A DNA stretch of 64,000 bases from Flavobacteriales bacterium (lineage in GTDB: Bacteria > Bacteroidota > Bacteroidia > Palsa-965), in contig JBEIPA010000002.1 of NCBI GenBank assembly GCA_040377305.1, positions 160,001 to 224,000 on the forward strand, given 5' to 3'. Positions 18,601-28,800 of the stretch are shown in pieces. Made by a program: the position numbers and the translations under genes. Position 1 is the first letter of the stretch, and each line of letters starts with the position of its first letter. Under the pieces are notes generated by a model, which saw nothing but the letters and a program-made list of their open reading frames with translations, had not been told where the DNA came from and ran no database searches.

Positions 18601-21600
18601 GCAAACGGAACTCCGTCTGTAACACCACCACTCCACGCATACGAAGAGCCGCCAAAACCGTTCAGAGTTACCATTGTTCCTGCACACACTGTTGCAGAAG
18701 GAGAAACACCAGTTGTAATTGTTGGCGCCGGATTAACTGTGATTGTTGTGGTCGCCGTATTGGTACATCCAACTGCGTCGGTGCCGGTTACGGTGTAGGT
18801 TTGAGTTGACGCAGGAATAAATGCAACTCCATCCGTCACACCTCCGCTCCACGTGTATGAAACACCACCAGTGCCATTCAGTGTGACTGCAGTTCCAGAA
18901 CAAACTGTTGTTGCCGGTGCCGCTGTTGAACTGATTGAAGGTGATGTACCAACAACAACAGTAATTGTTGCTGTACTGCTGCAACCGATTCCGTCTGTTC
19001 CAGTAACGGTATAAGTTTGTGTTGCTGCAGGTACAAATGCCAGACCGTCAGTAACTCCACCCGTCCAGGTATAAGTAATTGCACCACCACCCGTCAATGT
19101 TACCGGTGAGCCGTTACAAACAGTTGTTCCTGGAGAAGCATTTGCAGTTACCGTTGGAGCAGGATTAACTGTAACTGTTGCGGTTGCAGTTCCTGTACAT
19201 CCATTGCCATCTGTTCCAGTTACGGTGTATGTCTGTGTTGATGTCGCAGAGAATGCAACACCATCTGTAATTCCACCACTCCATGTGTAAGTTGTTGCTC
19301 CGTTTCCGCTTAGCGTAACCATAGTTCCGCTACATACGGGTCCAGAAGGTGAAGCCGTTGAACTTACCGTAGGGTTTGGATTTACCGTTATCGTGATCGT
19401 AGCTGTATTTGTACAACCAGAAGCATCTGTTCCATTTACAACGTAAGTAGTCGTTGAAGGCGGAACGAACGCAACACCATCAGTAACACCACCACTCCAC
19501 GTGTACGAAGTTGCACCGGTTCCATTGAGTGTTACACTGCTTCCATTACACACTACCGTTCCCGGAGTTGCGGTTGCGCCCACTGTTGGAAGTGGATTTA
19601 CGGTTACGAGAACTGTAGAAGTGTTTGTACAACCATTCACGTCTGTTCCCGTTACTGTGTACGTTGTTGTTGAAGGAGGTACAAAAGAAATTCCATCGGT
19701 AACTCCACCACTCCATGTGTAAGAAGCTGCACCTGTACCGTTTAATGTAACAGCACTACCACTACAAACTGTTGCAGAAGGAGCTGCCGAAGTTCCTACT
19801 GTTGGAGCAGGATTCACGGTAATCGTTACGGTAGAAGTTGCAGTGCATCCTGCTACGTTTGTTCCGGTAACCGTATATGTTGTTGTTGCCACTGGTGTAA
19901 ACGCAATTCCGTCTGTTACACCACCAGTCCATACGTACGATGAAGCACCGGTTCCGCTGAGCGTTACACTTTCTCCGTCGCAAACTGTTGTGCCCGGTGA
20001 AACTGTTAATCCAACGGTTGGAACCGGATCAACAGTGATTGTAACAGTAGCAGAATTCTGGCAGCCGTTGATATCGGTACCAGTAACAGTATATGAATCT
20101 GTTGTTGGAGGATTGAATGCAACTCCGTCCATTACGCCACCAGTCCATGAATATGTACTTGCTCCGCCTCCACTCAATGTAACTGCATCACCCTGACAAA
20201 TTGTTGTTCCTGGTGTAGCTGTAATTGTTACTGTTGGTGTAGGATTGACGTTGATCGTTACAGTTTCAGTATCGGTACAACCGTTAATGTCTGTCCCCGT
20301 TACTGTATAAGAAGTTGTAGCTGAAATTGTGAATGGTACTCCATCTACAACACCACCTGACCATGCGTAGCTTGATGCGCCTGTGCCGGTGAGGCTGATA
20401 ACGCTGCCTTCACATACTGTAGTTCCCGGAACTGTAACAATTGCAACCGTTGGTACCGGAATTACAGTTACAGAAGCAACCGCAGTATTTGTACATCCAA
20501 GTGCATCAGTTCCAGTGACCGTGTAATCTCCGCTTACCGCCGGAGTAAATGCAACTGCATCGAAAATTCCACCTGTCCAGTTGTAAGTCACTGCACCGCT
20601 ACCTGAAAGTGTAATCGGACTTCCCGCACAAATAGCAAGTGATGGAGCCGCGCTGAAGGAAACAGTTGGTGCCGGGTTTTCTATAAGTGTATGTCCGGTT
20701 GCGGCTGAGTCGGCACAACCTGATGGAGCAGAAACCATCACGTTATAAATTCCCGGAGCGATAGCTGCAATTGTTTGCGCATTTTCTCCACTGATCTGAA
20801 TTCCGTTGAGATACCACTGGTAAGTTGTGCCTACACTTGAGGTAAGCGTGGTGCTTCCACCCTGACAATAACTTCCTGCACCTGAAATTGAAACGACAGG
20901 GCGAGGATTCACAGTGATGGTAATCGTTGCGGTGCTCGTGCAACCACTCAGTAAATCAGTTCCTGTTACCGTGTATGTTGTGGTTGCCACAGGAGCAATA
21001 ATAACGTTCGCACCTGAGAATGAACCTGGCATCCACAAATAGGTGTCGGCACCTGAACCCATCAGCATGCTTGAAGATCCTTCGCAAATTGTTGTTGCGC
21101 TTGCCGAGGCGCTGAGTGACGGAGCGGGATTAACTGTTACCGAAGTATTCGCTGTTCCTGTACAGCCGTTAATATCTGTTCCTGTTACGGTGTAAGTAAC
21201 CGACGACATTGGATTATCAACAACACTTGCTCCACTGAAAGATCCCGGCATCCACAAATAAGTTGATGCACCGAAACCATCAAGTGTAGTTGGTTCTCCT
21301 GCACAAATTGTTGAAGGAGTTGAAGAAGCTGTAACAGTTGGTAATGAATTCACAGTAACCGTTGCCATTGCCTGTCCTGTGCAGCCGTTCACATCAGTGC
21401 CCGTAACAGTATAAGTTGTTGTTGACGTTGGAGCAACTGTAACTGGTGATCCGCTCAGGAAACCAGGGAACCAGAAATAAGAGCTTGCACCGGATGCTGA
21501 CAGAGAAGTATTATCTCCATCGCAAATTGAAACGGCATTTGGAGTAACAACAACTGTTGGCGCCGGATTAACGTTAACACTTACTGTTGCTGTTGCTGTA

Positions 21601-24600
21601 CAACCGGAGCCATCTGTTCCTGTAACGGTGTATGTAGTTGTGCTTCCTGGTGTATCTGTTACACTTGAACCGGAAAGTGATCCCGGCATCCAGGTGTAAG
21701 TTACTGCACCGAACGCATCGAGGAATACCATATCACCTGCGCAAATCGGATCGGGTGCTGCAGTAGCGGAAACAGAAGGAGCAGCAATAACGGTGATGCT
21801 CACCATATCAGTTGCAGTACAACCGGTCGCGTCTGTTCCGATCACGGTGTATGTCGTATTCGAAGTTGGATTGACAGTAATCGGACTTCCGGAAATTGCT
21901 CCGGGATTCCACACGTACGTTGTTGCGCCACTGCCTGTAAGTTGCACAGGTGCTCCAGAACATATTGTTGTGAAATCTGCAGTAGCGGTCACCGTTGGAC
22001 TTGGAGCAACGGTTGCTGTAACCATTGCTGTGTTCGTGCAACCATTCGCATCTGTTCCTGTTACAGTGTAAGTGGTGGTTGATCCGGGTGTGTCCGTTAC
22101 AGGATTTCCGGAAGTAAACATGGGTGCCCAAATGTAAGTGTCGGCACCTGTAGCAGTTAGTGTAACCATTTCGCCGCCGCAAACCGGATCTGGATTAGAT
22201 GTTGCAGCGACTGTTGGAAGTGGATTAACAGTTACTGTAACTGTTTCCGTTCCGATACAACCATCCGTAGAAGTTCCGGTAACTGTGTAGGTTTGAGTTG
22301 ACGCCGGATTTGCATCGGGGTTGTTTATTGTTGAAGATGACAAACCTGTTCCGGGAGACCACACGTATGTATTTGCTCCGCTTGCAACAACGTTAACTGG
22401 AGCGCCGCCCGCACACAGCGAAGGAGCTGCAGGTGCGAAAGAAAGAACCGGAGTTGGATTGATCACGCATGCAACTTCAGTTGAAGTAGCAGACAATCCA
22501 CTTACGGTGCAAGTCACAACGCATACGTAGTACATCGTGTTTGACAACGCAACTGTCGTGTAGGTATCTGATGTTGCACCAACAACGTTTGTGTACGGCC
22601 CGCCAGCAACAGTAGATTCCTGCCACTGATAGGTGAATGGAAATCCTGTGGAGTGTCCGTTCAGTTCGAGATCAAAAGTACTTCCTTCGCATTGTGCAGC
22701 AGGAGAAGTTGTGGATGCTGTTCCGGCAGTTGGTGTGCCTGAGCATACTGCAAGAATACCATCGAATTCATCAGCGCCGATATCCGGAGCAAGTGCGCCA
22801 CCGTTTACTGATCCTACCGGACCTGGACGAGTATCTGCATCCCAGTCTGCAGTGATTCCAACGACTGCAATGCCACCGCTTTCAAGCAATGAAGGGGCTG
22901 CGAAAGGAATGTGCAGGTAGTCTGCATCGTTTCCGTTTAGACTTGAGAATGTAGGGTTAACAGAAACAGATTGCGCATCACGAGCTGGACCAACGCGGGT
23001 TTGATACTGCGCGAGAGTCTGATCGGAATTTGTTCCGTCAAAGAAAATAAAGTTCGATGCAGATGGTACCCCGGCGTAAAAAGAGTTGTTATTTGAGGCT
23101 GCGTTGTAACTGATTAATGAAGTGGTTGTACGTGTGTGAGCTACAACAACACCGGTTCCTGTTTGGGAGGACAAATTCACAACCAGATTATTCCGAAGCG
23201 TTACATCAGGACCAGTTGCAATGCGAATTCCGGATGACCCGGAGTTTGTTCCTCCCGCGATGTTTGCCAGGTATATGGTGTTGTAGGAAATTTCTAATGC
23301 CGTCCCTGCAACTACATTCAATCCCATCACAGCATCGTTCCCATTTGTGAGACCTGCACGTATATCTCCTACATAGTTGTTATAAATGTTGAGCGATGCG
23401 CAGTTAGTAATGTTGATTCCGGTAGCAACTCCGGTCGCGTTAGTATGTTCTAAATCGTAAATTTTATTGTCGTGAATTTCACTTGTGAGTCCGCTGAATA
23501 TTCCATAAATCCCGCAAGTAGGAGAAGCTCCGTTACCTACACCATTCAAGTCGTAAATTGTATTATTGTGAACATTAAAAGGCCCATTGCAATTAAAATC
23601 CATACCGATCGCTCCCAGCGTGAGGCTGGATGTTGATGCATTTCCAACAATATTATTCGCCAACTCGAAAGATGTAAACGCTGGAGCACCCGAGAACAGC
23701 ATGAGTGTCATTAAACCCGTACTCGTCACGCCTGTGATTGAGTTGCTGAACGCAGTTTGATTCCCTGAATTTCCGATCTGATATCGAATTCCAATAAAAC
23801 TATTCGCGCTGATGTTTAAAATCGTGTTACTTGAAACGTTGGTCCCGCTTCCGGAGTTGTTGATATCAATACCAACAACTGATAATCCTCCGCTCCAGTT
23901 CGACATCGTGTTACTCACAATGGTTCTGCTTACTGCCCCTGTTGCAGCACCACCGGTTTCTGTAATTCCATTAATTGTACCTCCTGCAACGGTGATATTG
24001 GAAAAAATATTATCCTGAATTGTTCTTGTCGCACCAATGGCAGACGCCCCGGTTCCCGCTATGCACGTAACTGAACCACCTGCACCTGTTTTTGAAAGAG
24101 CGCCGATAATAGCGTTGTTCGTTATATTAACAAAGCTGGATGCTCCGCCCGCAATTGTGTTGTTGATCAGGTTAACAGCCCCCGTTGTGTTGAGGGTTAG
24201 GTTGTCGAACGTGTTATTATTTATGAAATTGAAATTCATCGCACCGATATGCCGGATCAAGTCGACGGCCGACGATGACGAGGTATTAAAAATAAATCCG
24301 TGAAATGTATTTCCGCTAATTGCTACGCCCGCTCCGGCAGATCCAGAAGGACTTGAGGATATCCCTAAAACAAGACCCGTACTCGCCGAGGTAAAGGTGA
24401 TAGCATTGTTTATTGAATTACCGAGTTGATTGTCGTTAAGCATTGAATTGCCGCTGATAACAGCATTACACTGAATACCCGTAAATCCACCGGAAGGTGA
24501 TGCACTGGTATTATTGAGGATTTGGTTATTTCTAATTAGAAAAGAACTTAACGTTCCTCCAATGTTAATTCCCAGCAATCTTGATGTCGTTCCGGCATTA

Positions 24601-25655
24601 GTGACAGCGCAATTCTGAATAATATTTGAGTCTACAACCAGTGCTTCAAACGAGGATGAACTGGAATGATTAATTGCCTCGAACGTTCCACTTACCGCTG
24701 AGGAAGTCATGCTTATCGTGTTACCACAAATTCTATTCGTGCATCCTGAAGTTGGACTGGAAGTGGAGTAATTTTCAAAAATACCCCGAAACGCTACGGT
24801 CGGATTGACCGTAGTGGAAAGAGAATTGCCACGCACTGCAAAATTCATTTGATGATTCATGAAAATGCAATAACTCGTTCCGGTATTTGAAAAATATCCA
24901 CTTGCAGCGGCAGCACCTCCCCAGTTTGTAATCGTATTTCCCATGGTTCCGGAACCGATGATATTATTCTGGTCCATCATTCCGGGCGCACCGATGAACG
25001 CGATTCCCATGTTCACATTGCTGATAATATTCTGAACGATCGTATTAGCGGAGTTGGCTCCGGCAACCGATGACGCATCATTAACTACTGTAATACTTGT
25101 TGGACTATGACGGGAGTTACTATACACACCCCAGGTGTTTGTGTAGTTACGATTCAGGCTGATCGTGTTTGACATAATGACACAATTCTGCGCGCCGTCA
25201 GTCGGACTTGCATGAAGCAGAGCCACGCCCCACTCGGTCATATTATTACTAGCCGGAGTTGTATTCGCATTCGCTGGATTCTCCTGCATGATATACCCTT
25301 GAATACCGATATAATCAGATCCAATGATTTTGAAAATTCCATCATTCAGTGCCCCTGGTGTTAATGACCCCGAAGCCGTGATCGTATTTCCGCTTCCTGA
25401 AATCACAACCGGATTCGCTGCACTACTCGTGTTCGTAGTGATCTGATATCCTCCTGCTGGGGCAGTCTCCGGGAAACCGGCAAGATGTATAAAGAATACT
25501 CCACCAGGCCCAACACCAACTGTATTCAAATCTGTGATCGCGGTAGCAAGTGTCGGATAGTCGCCCGGGATTAATTTAATTCCCGTTAACTGTGCAGAAA
25601 TTTTTCCGCTAAATCCAATAACTGATAACAACAGGAGTAGTGCTGCTTTTTTCAT
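15654..25655 (-). CDS. giant T9SS type A surface protein: beta-helix head plus about 31 Cys-paired Ig-like repeats
   Basis: Signal peptide; about 950 aa of Asn/Ile-rich parallel beta-helix ending in PDIGADEF; about 72-aa repeats (PTV...C.G..V.L.G.GA..Y.W...YTVTGTD.NGC...V.VNP); CTD MYPNPNNG...GIYLV...KRVVVNR. Confidence 0.9.
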   Translation of the reverse strand: MKKAALLLLLSVIGFSGKISAQLTGIKLIPGDYPTLATAITDLNTVGVGPGGVFFIHLAGFPETAPAGGYQITTNTSSAANPVVISGSGNTITASGSLTPGALNDGIFKIIGSDYIGIQGYIMQENPANANTTPASNNMTEWGVALLHASPTDGAQNCVIMSNTISLNRNYTNTWGVYSNSRHSPTSITVVNDASSVAGANSANTIVQNIISNVNMGIAFIGAPGMMDQNNIIGSGTMGNTITNWGGAAAASGYFSNTGTSYCIFMNHQMNFAVRGNSLSTTVNPTVAFRGIFENYSTSSPTSGCTNRICGNTISMTSSAVSGTFEAINHSSSSSFEALVVDSNIIQNCAVTNAGTTSRLLGINIGGTLSSFLIRNNQILNNTSASPSGGFTGIQCNAVISGNSMLNDNQLGNSINNAITFTSASTGLVLGISSSPSGSAGAGVAISGNTFHGFIFNTSSSSAVDLIRHIGAMNFNFINNNTFDNLTLNTTGAVNLINNTIAGGASSFVNITNNAIIGALSKTGAGGSVTCIAGTGASAIGATRTIQDNIFSNITVAGGTINGITETGGAATGAVSRTIVSNTMSNWSGGLSVVGIDINNSGSGTNVSSNTILNISANSFIGIRYQIGNSGNQTAFSNSITGVTSTGLMTLMLFSGAPAFTSFELANNIVGNASTSSLTLGAIGMDFNCNGPFNVHNNTIYDLNGVGNGASPTCGIYGIFSGLTSEIHDNKIYDLEHTNATGVATGINITNCASLNIYNNYVGDIRAGLTNGNDAVMGLNVVAGTALEISYNTIYLANIAGGTNSGSSGIRIATGPDVTLRNNLVVNLSSQTGTGVVVAHTRTTTSLISYNAASNNNSFYAGVPSASNFIFFDGTNSDQTLAQYQTRVGPARDAQSVSVNPTFSSLNGNDADYLHIPFAAPSLLESGGIAVVGITADWDADTRPGPVGSVNGGALAPDIGADEFDGILAVCSGTPTAGTASTTSPAAQCEGSTFDLELNGHSTGFPFTYQWQESTVAGGPYTNVVGATSDTYTTVALSNTMYYVCVVTCTVSGLSATSTEVACVINPTPVLSFAPAAPSLCAGGAPVNVVASGANTYVWSPGTGLSSSTINNPDANPASTQTYTVTGTSTDGCIGTETVTVTVNPLPTVAATSNPDPVCGGEMVTLTATGADTYIWAPMFTSGNPVTDTPGSTTTYTVTGTDANGCTNTAMVTATVAPSPTVTATADFTTICSGAPVQLTGSGATTYVWNPGAISGSPITVNPTSNTTYTVIGTDATGCTATDMVSITVIAAPSVSATAAPDPICAGDMVFLDAFGAVTYTWMPGSLSGSSVTDTPGSTTTYTVTGTDGSGCTATATVSVNVNPAPTVVVTPNAVSICDGDNTSLSASGASSYFWFPGFLSGSPVTVAPTSTTTYTVTGTDVNGCTGQAMATVTVNSLPTVTASSTPSTICAGEPTTLDGFGASTYLWMPGSFSGASVVDNPMSSVTYTVTGTDINGCTGTANTSVTVNPAPSLSASASATTICEGSSSMLMGSGADTYLWMPGSFSGANVIIAPVATTTYTVTGTDLLSGCTSTATITITVNPRPVVSISGAGSYCQGGSTTLTSSVGTTYQWYLNGIQISGENAQTIAAIAPGIYNVMVSAPSGCADSAATGHTLIENPAPTVSFSAAPSLAICAGSPITLSGSGAVTYNWTGGIFDAVAFTPAVSGDYTVTGTDALGCTNTAVASVTVIPVPTVAIVTVPGTTVCEGSVISLTGTGASSYAWSGGVVDGVPFTISATTSYTVTGTDINGCTDTETVTINVNPTPTVTITATPGTTICQGDAVTLSGGGASTYSWTGGVMDGVAFNPPTTDSYTVTGTDINGCQNSATVTITVDPVPTVGLTVSPGTTVCDGESVTLSGTGASSYVWTGGVTDGIAFTPVATTTYTVTGTNVAGCTATSTVTITVNPAPTVGTSAAPSATVCSGSAVTLNGTGAASYTWSGGVTDGISFVPPSTTTYTVTGTDVNGCTNTSTVLVTVNPLPTVGATATPGTVVCNGSSVTLNGTGATSYTWSGGVTDGVAFVPPSTTTYVVNGTDASGCTNTATITITVNPNPTVSSTASPSGPVCSGTMVTLSGNGATTYTWSGGITDGVAFSATSTQTYTVTGTDGNGCTGTATATVTVNPAPTVTANASPGTTVCNGSPVTLTGGGAITYTWTGGVTDGLAFVPAATQTYTVTGTDGIGCSSTATITVVVGTSPSISSTAAPATTVCSGTAVTLNGTGGVSYTWSGGVTDGVAFIPASTQTYTVTGTDAVGCTNTATTTITVNPAPTITTGVSPSATVCAGTMVTLNGFGGSSYAWSGGVTDGVPFAASATTTYTITGTDMNGCTGTNTITVTVNPSPNINAVQSPAGPHCAGSTVALNGIGGISYTWCCGVTDGVGFVPLATATYTVTGTDFSGCTNTATVSVVVNPLPTVASTASPATTVCSGTAVTLSGTGAATYTWTGGVINGVPFTPTSTSTYTVTGTDASGCTNTATTTITVNPTPTVSSTTAPSSAVCAGTSVTLNGTGAVSYIWTGGVMDGVSFVPAATTTYTVTGTALNGCTATATTTVTVNPLPTVSNTTTPSPIVCSGTQVTLSGTGAVTYVWTGGVTDNVPFTAAATNTYTVTGTDANGCSSTATTTVTVNTSPTVSYNAAPGITVCTGTELTLDGTGAITYTWSDGVIDGNPFTPLTTDTLTLIGTDGNGCEDTVDVIITVDTLPVVTTTFSPNDTVCENAQLTLRGVGAATYVWSHGVTDNVAFPASATTTYTVIGTDGNGCSDTTTQDITVIAAPVVTITGNSTFCSGGNTVLTSSAGTAYQWFMNGSPIVGATSAMYTATTIGVYNVWVTNASGCSDSSATAVNVTINAVPTVVANASATSICDGSNVTLSGSGAVTYAWSGGVNNNVPFTPLGTLTYTVVGTASNGCTDSDTITVAVNTLPIVSTTGFPAYTVCEGTSVILNGNGAATYLWTGGVVDGVPFTPTITDTYTVTGTDLNGCSNTATATVTVNPNPVVDLGPDSTQCGTILLDAENVGSTYAWNTTDTTQMITATVSGTYMVDVTSSDGCTSSDTVVVTINTQPVVALGTDDTLCATSVTLDAMNVGGTYIWNDLSTGQTNVVTTSGTYFVEVTMPGGCIASDTINLVLHTPPTVTLALVLDTACLNMGSILLSGESPAGGTWSGPAVSGNSFDPMIAGIGTFEITYMYTDTNGCGGIVTDSILVDPCLTVLEPIVAFDFNMYPNPNNGEFNITIDGNETVQVLIYNGAGQLVIDQQVNAGAITPVSLEAAGIYLVTVVTNDGQQLTKRVVVNR

Positions 25656-25823
25656 CGACGATAAGGTTAATCTGTATAGGGGCTAGAGGTCCTTGAATCT
25701 CAATTTTTCAAGGACAACGAAAATCGGAAATTTCGGGCGTTTTTCCTTGCAAAATGTACAAGTACAACCCTTGAATTTGGGCGTAATTCGAAGGTTTTCG
25801 GTAACCTGCTTCGGGCAGAATGC

Positions 25824-25858
25824 AAAAAAATCCCGACTCCATTAAGAGTCGGGATTTT
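25824..25858 (-). terminator. intrinsic terminator of the 2-kaa gene
   Basis: AAAATCCCGACTC/GAGTCGGGATTTT perfect stem with A7. Confidence 0.85.
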
Positions 25859-25877
25859 CAATTCATTAATGCCGGAA

Positions 25878-28800
25878 CTAACGGTTCACGACCACACGTT
25901 GTGTAGTGCGTGTTCCATCAGCAGTAACAACTACTACGCTGTACATACCAGAAGCTTCGATGTGAACATTGTTCTGAACACCGCAAGTTGCTTTCTGAGC
26001 AATTACAAGCTGACCAGTTGCACTGTATACATACACATCAACCAATCCTGAACCAGCAGGGATCAATGTGAAGTCACCGTTGTTAGGGTTAGGATATACA
26101 ACTGCACTTCCAACTTCGTTGTTGTCGATGCTGTTGCAGATGTCAACCAACATGCTGTCAATTGCAGCTGCCGAACATCCAGTAAGTGAATCCATGTACG
26201 TGTAAGTGATTGCATGCATACCGTTACCAGCTACACCCGGATCGAATGTATTTCCAGTTACACCAGTACCTGACCAAGTACCACCTGCAGGTGATTCACC
26301 ACCAAGTGTTACAGGTCCGAGCAACAGACAAGCTGTGTCAAGCGGCAACGATACAGTTACGTTAGGAAGTGCGTTTGCAGTGATTGCAAGTGATGCAGTA
26401 TCCATACAACCGTTAGCATCTGTTCCTGTAACGATGAACGTCATAGAACCAGTAGTTGTGTAAGGAACCATATCAGTTACACCATTATCCCAAGTGTAAG
26501 TAGTTGCACCACCACCCATGAATGTGATCTGATCACCAACGCAAACTGTAGAGTCCGTTGAAGATGCAGTTACAACCGGAAGTGGGTTAACTGTTAATGT
26601 AACAGTAGTCGTTGCAGAACATCCGTTAACGTCTGTACCAGTTACAGTGTATGTTTCTGTTGCGGCTGCAGGGAATGCAACGCCATCAGTAACACTTCCA
26701 GACCAAACATAAGTTGAAGCACCGCTTCCTGCAGGAGTTACTAAGTCACCAACGCAAGCTGTTGACGGAGTAACCGAAGCAGCAACGGTAGGAAGTGCAT
26801 TCACTGTTACTGTTACTGTAGCTGTGTTAGAACATCCGTTCGCGTCTGTTCCTGTTACTGTATAGGTATCAGTCACCGTTGCAGCGAATGGCACTGCATC
26901 AGTAAGACCACCGCTCCAAGCGTACGATGAAGCTCCACCACCAGCAGGAGTAACCATATCACCAGCACAAACTGTTGACGGAGTTGCAGAAGCTGTTACT
27001 GTTGGCAATGCATTTACCGTTACCAGTGCAGTAGCTGTGTTTGTACAACCGTTTGCATCAGTACCTGTAACAGTATAAGTTGTTGTAGACATTGCAGCGA
27101 ATGCAACGTTGTCCATAATTCCACCTGACCAAGCATAGCTCGTAGCACCACCACCTGTTGCAGTTACCATATCACCTGCGCACACCGTTGAAGGTGTTGC
27201 AGATGCAGTTACTGTAGGCAATGCGTTAACTGTTACCGTTGCAGTTGCAGTGTTCGAACATCCGTTACCGTCTGTTCCTGTTACAGTGTAAGTCTGTGTT
27301 GACAGTGCACTGAATGCAACACCGTCTGTAAGACCTCCACTCCAAACATAAGTTGAAGCACCACCGCCTGTCGGAGTTACCATATCACCTGCGCACACTG
27401 TAGAAGGTGCAGCTGTTGCAGTTACTGTAGGCAGAGGGTTAACTGTAAGCGTTGTGCTAGCTGAAGCAGAACAACCTGAAGTTCCTGTAACAATAACAGA
27501 GTAAGTTGTTGTAGTCGTCACAGCAGAAGCTACCGGGTCGGAAACGATCGTTGAATTCAGGAACGTTGCAGGTGACCAAGCGTATGTGAAAGCATCTACA
27601 CCACCAACAATTGTGATGATATAGTCTTCTGTTTCACCAAAAGTTGATTGAGCCAAGCAAGGATCCATGTCATTTGTACCTCCATGATCCACGTCGCGTA
27701 CACGCAGGCGTGTAGTACCGTTAACTGCATTCACAGGAACTGTGAAAACAAACGATGTTGATGCAGGCGCAGCTCCGAGGTCATCTGTTTCCCCGAGTTT
27801 TTCGCCGGCATTATTCAGCGTTCCGTTCTGGTTATAATCGATCCACGCAGCTACGTCATTGATAGTGTATGTACCAGCTACCAATGTAATCGTGTAAGTT
27901 GAACCAGCTGTAAGCGTCGTTGTGGTGTTCGCTGCTTGCGGGTACAACGTATAATATGGAGCTGTTGAAGGACCAGTTGGGTTGTTCAAAGTATTAACAA
28001 CAACACTGCTGATATAATCCCCGAAACCTGTTCCGTTAGAGTATACCGGCTGACAATAAGTAAGAACCGGAGCAGCTACTACAGAAAGTGTAGATGTTCC
28101 ATTCTCGCAGATGGTAGCAGGGCTCGCAGATGCAGTAGGCACTGGCGTATCACCGTAGTTAACGAGTGTTGTCGCTGTGCTTGTACATCCGTTGCCATCT
28201 GTACCTGTAACCGTGTAAGTTGTAGTTACTGTAGGTGAAGCTGTAACTGTTGATCCTGTTGTAGACGACAAGCCAGCTGCAGGCCCCCACGTGTATCCGG
28301 TTGATGTACCAGAAGCAGAGATTGCAACACCAGGTCCACCTGAACAGAACAATGCAGAAGTTGGAGACACCGTAAGTGTTGGTGCCGCGTTAACAGCTAA
28401 CGTAAGTGTTACTGTGTTAGTTGCAGCGCAAGCATCTGTAATCACCAACGTATATGTACCAGCTTCAGCCGGAGTTACACCGTTAATAGTCGGGTTCTGA
28501 ACTGTTGATGAGAAACTGTTCGGTCCGGTCCACGCATAAGTATACGGAGCTCCACCACCAACAGGTACAGAGTTCAACGTTACGTTAGTACCCTGACAAA
28601 CAGTTGATGCAGGTGAAATGCTGCCACTCGAGGTAAGCACAGAACCTGTAGTTACAGTTACTGTAGCAGGTGATCCCGGACAACCGCCTGAACTTGGAGT
28701 CACTGTCCATGTAGTCGTTGCCGAAACGTTGTTTGCCATTGGATTCGCAATAGTTGTACTGCTAAGGAAAGTTGCAGGTGACCATGCGTATGTTACAGCT

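Noticed and set aside
15700-22600. ~216-bp periodic repeats as a CRISPR array or DGR template/variable repeats
   Set aside because: They are in-frame, synonymously diverged protein repeats. There are no invariant repeats with spacers, no adenine-specific variation, and no reverse transcriptase or cas gene.
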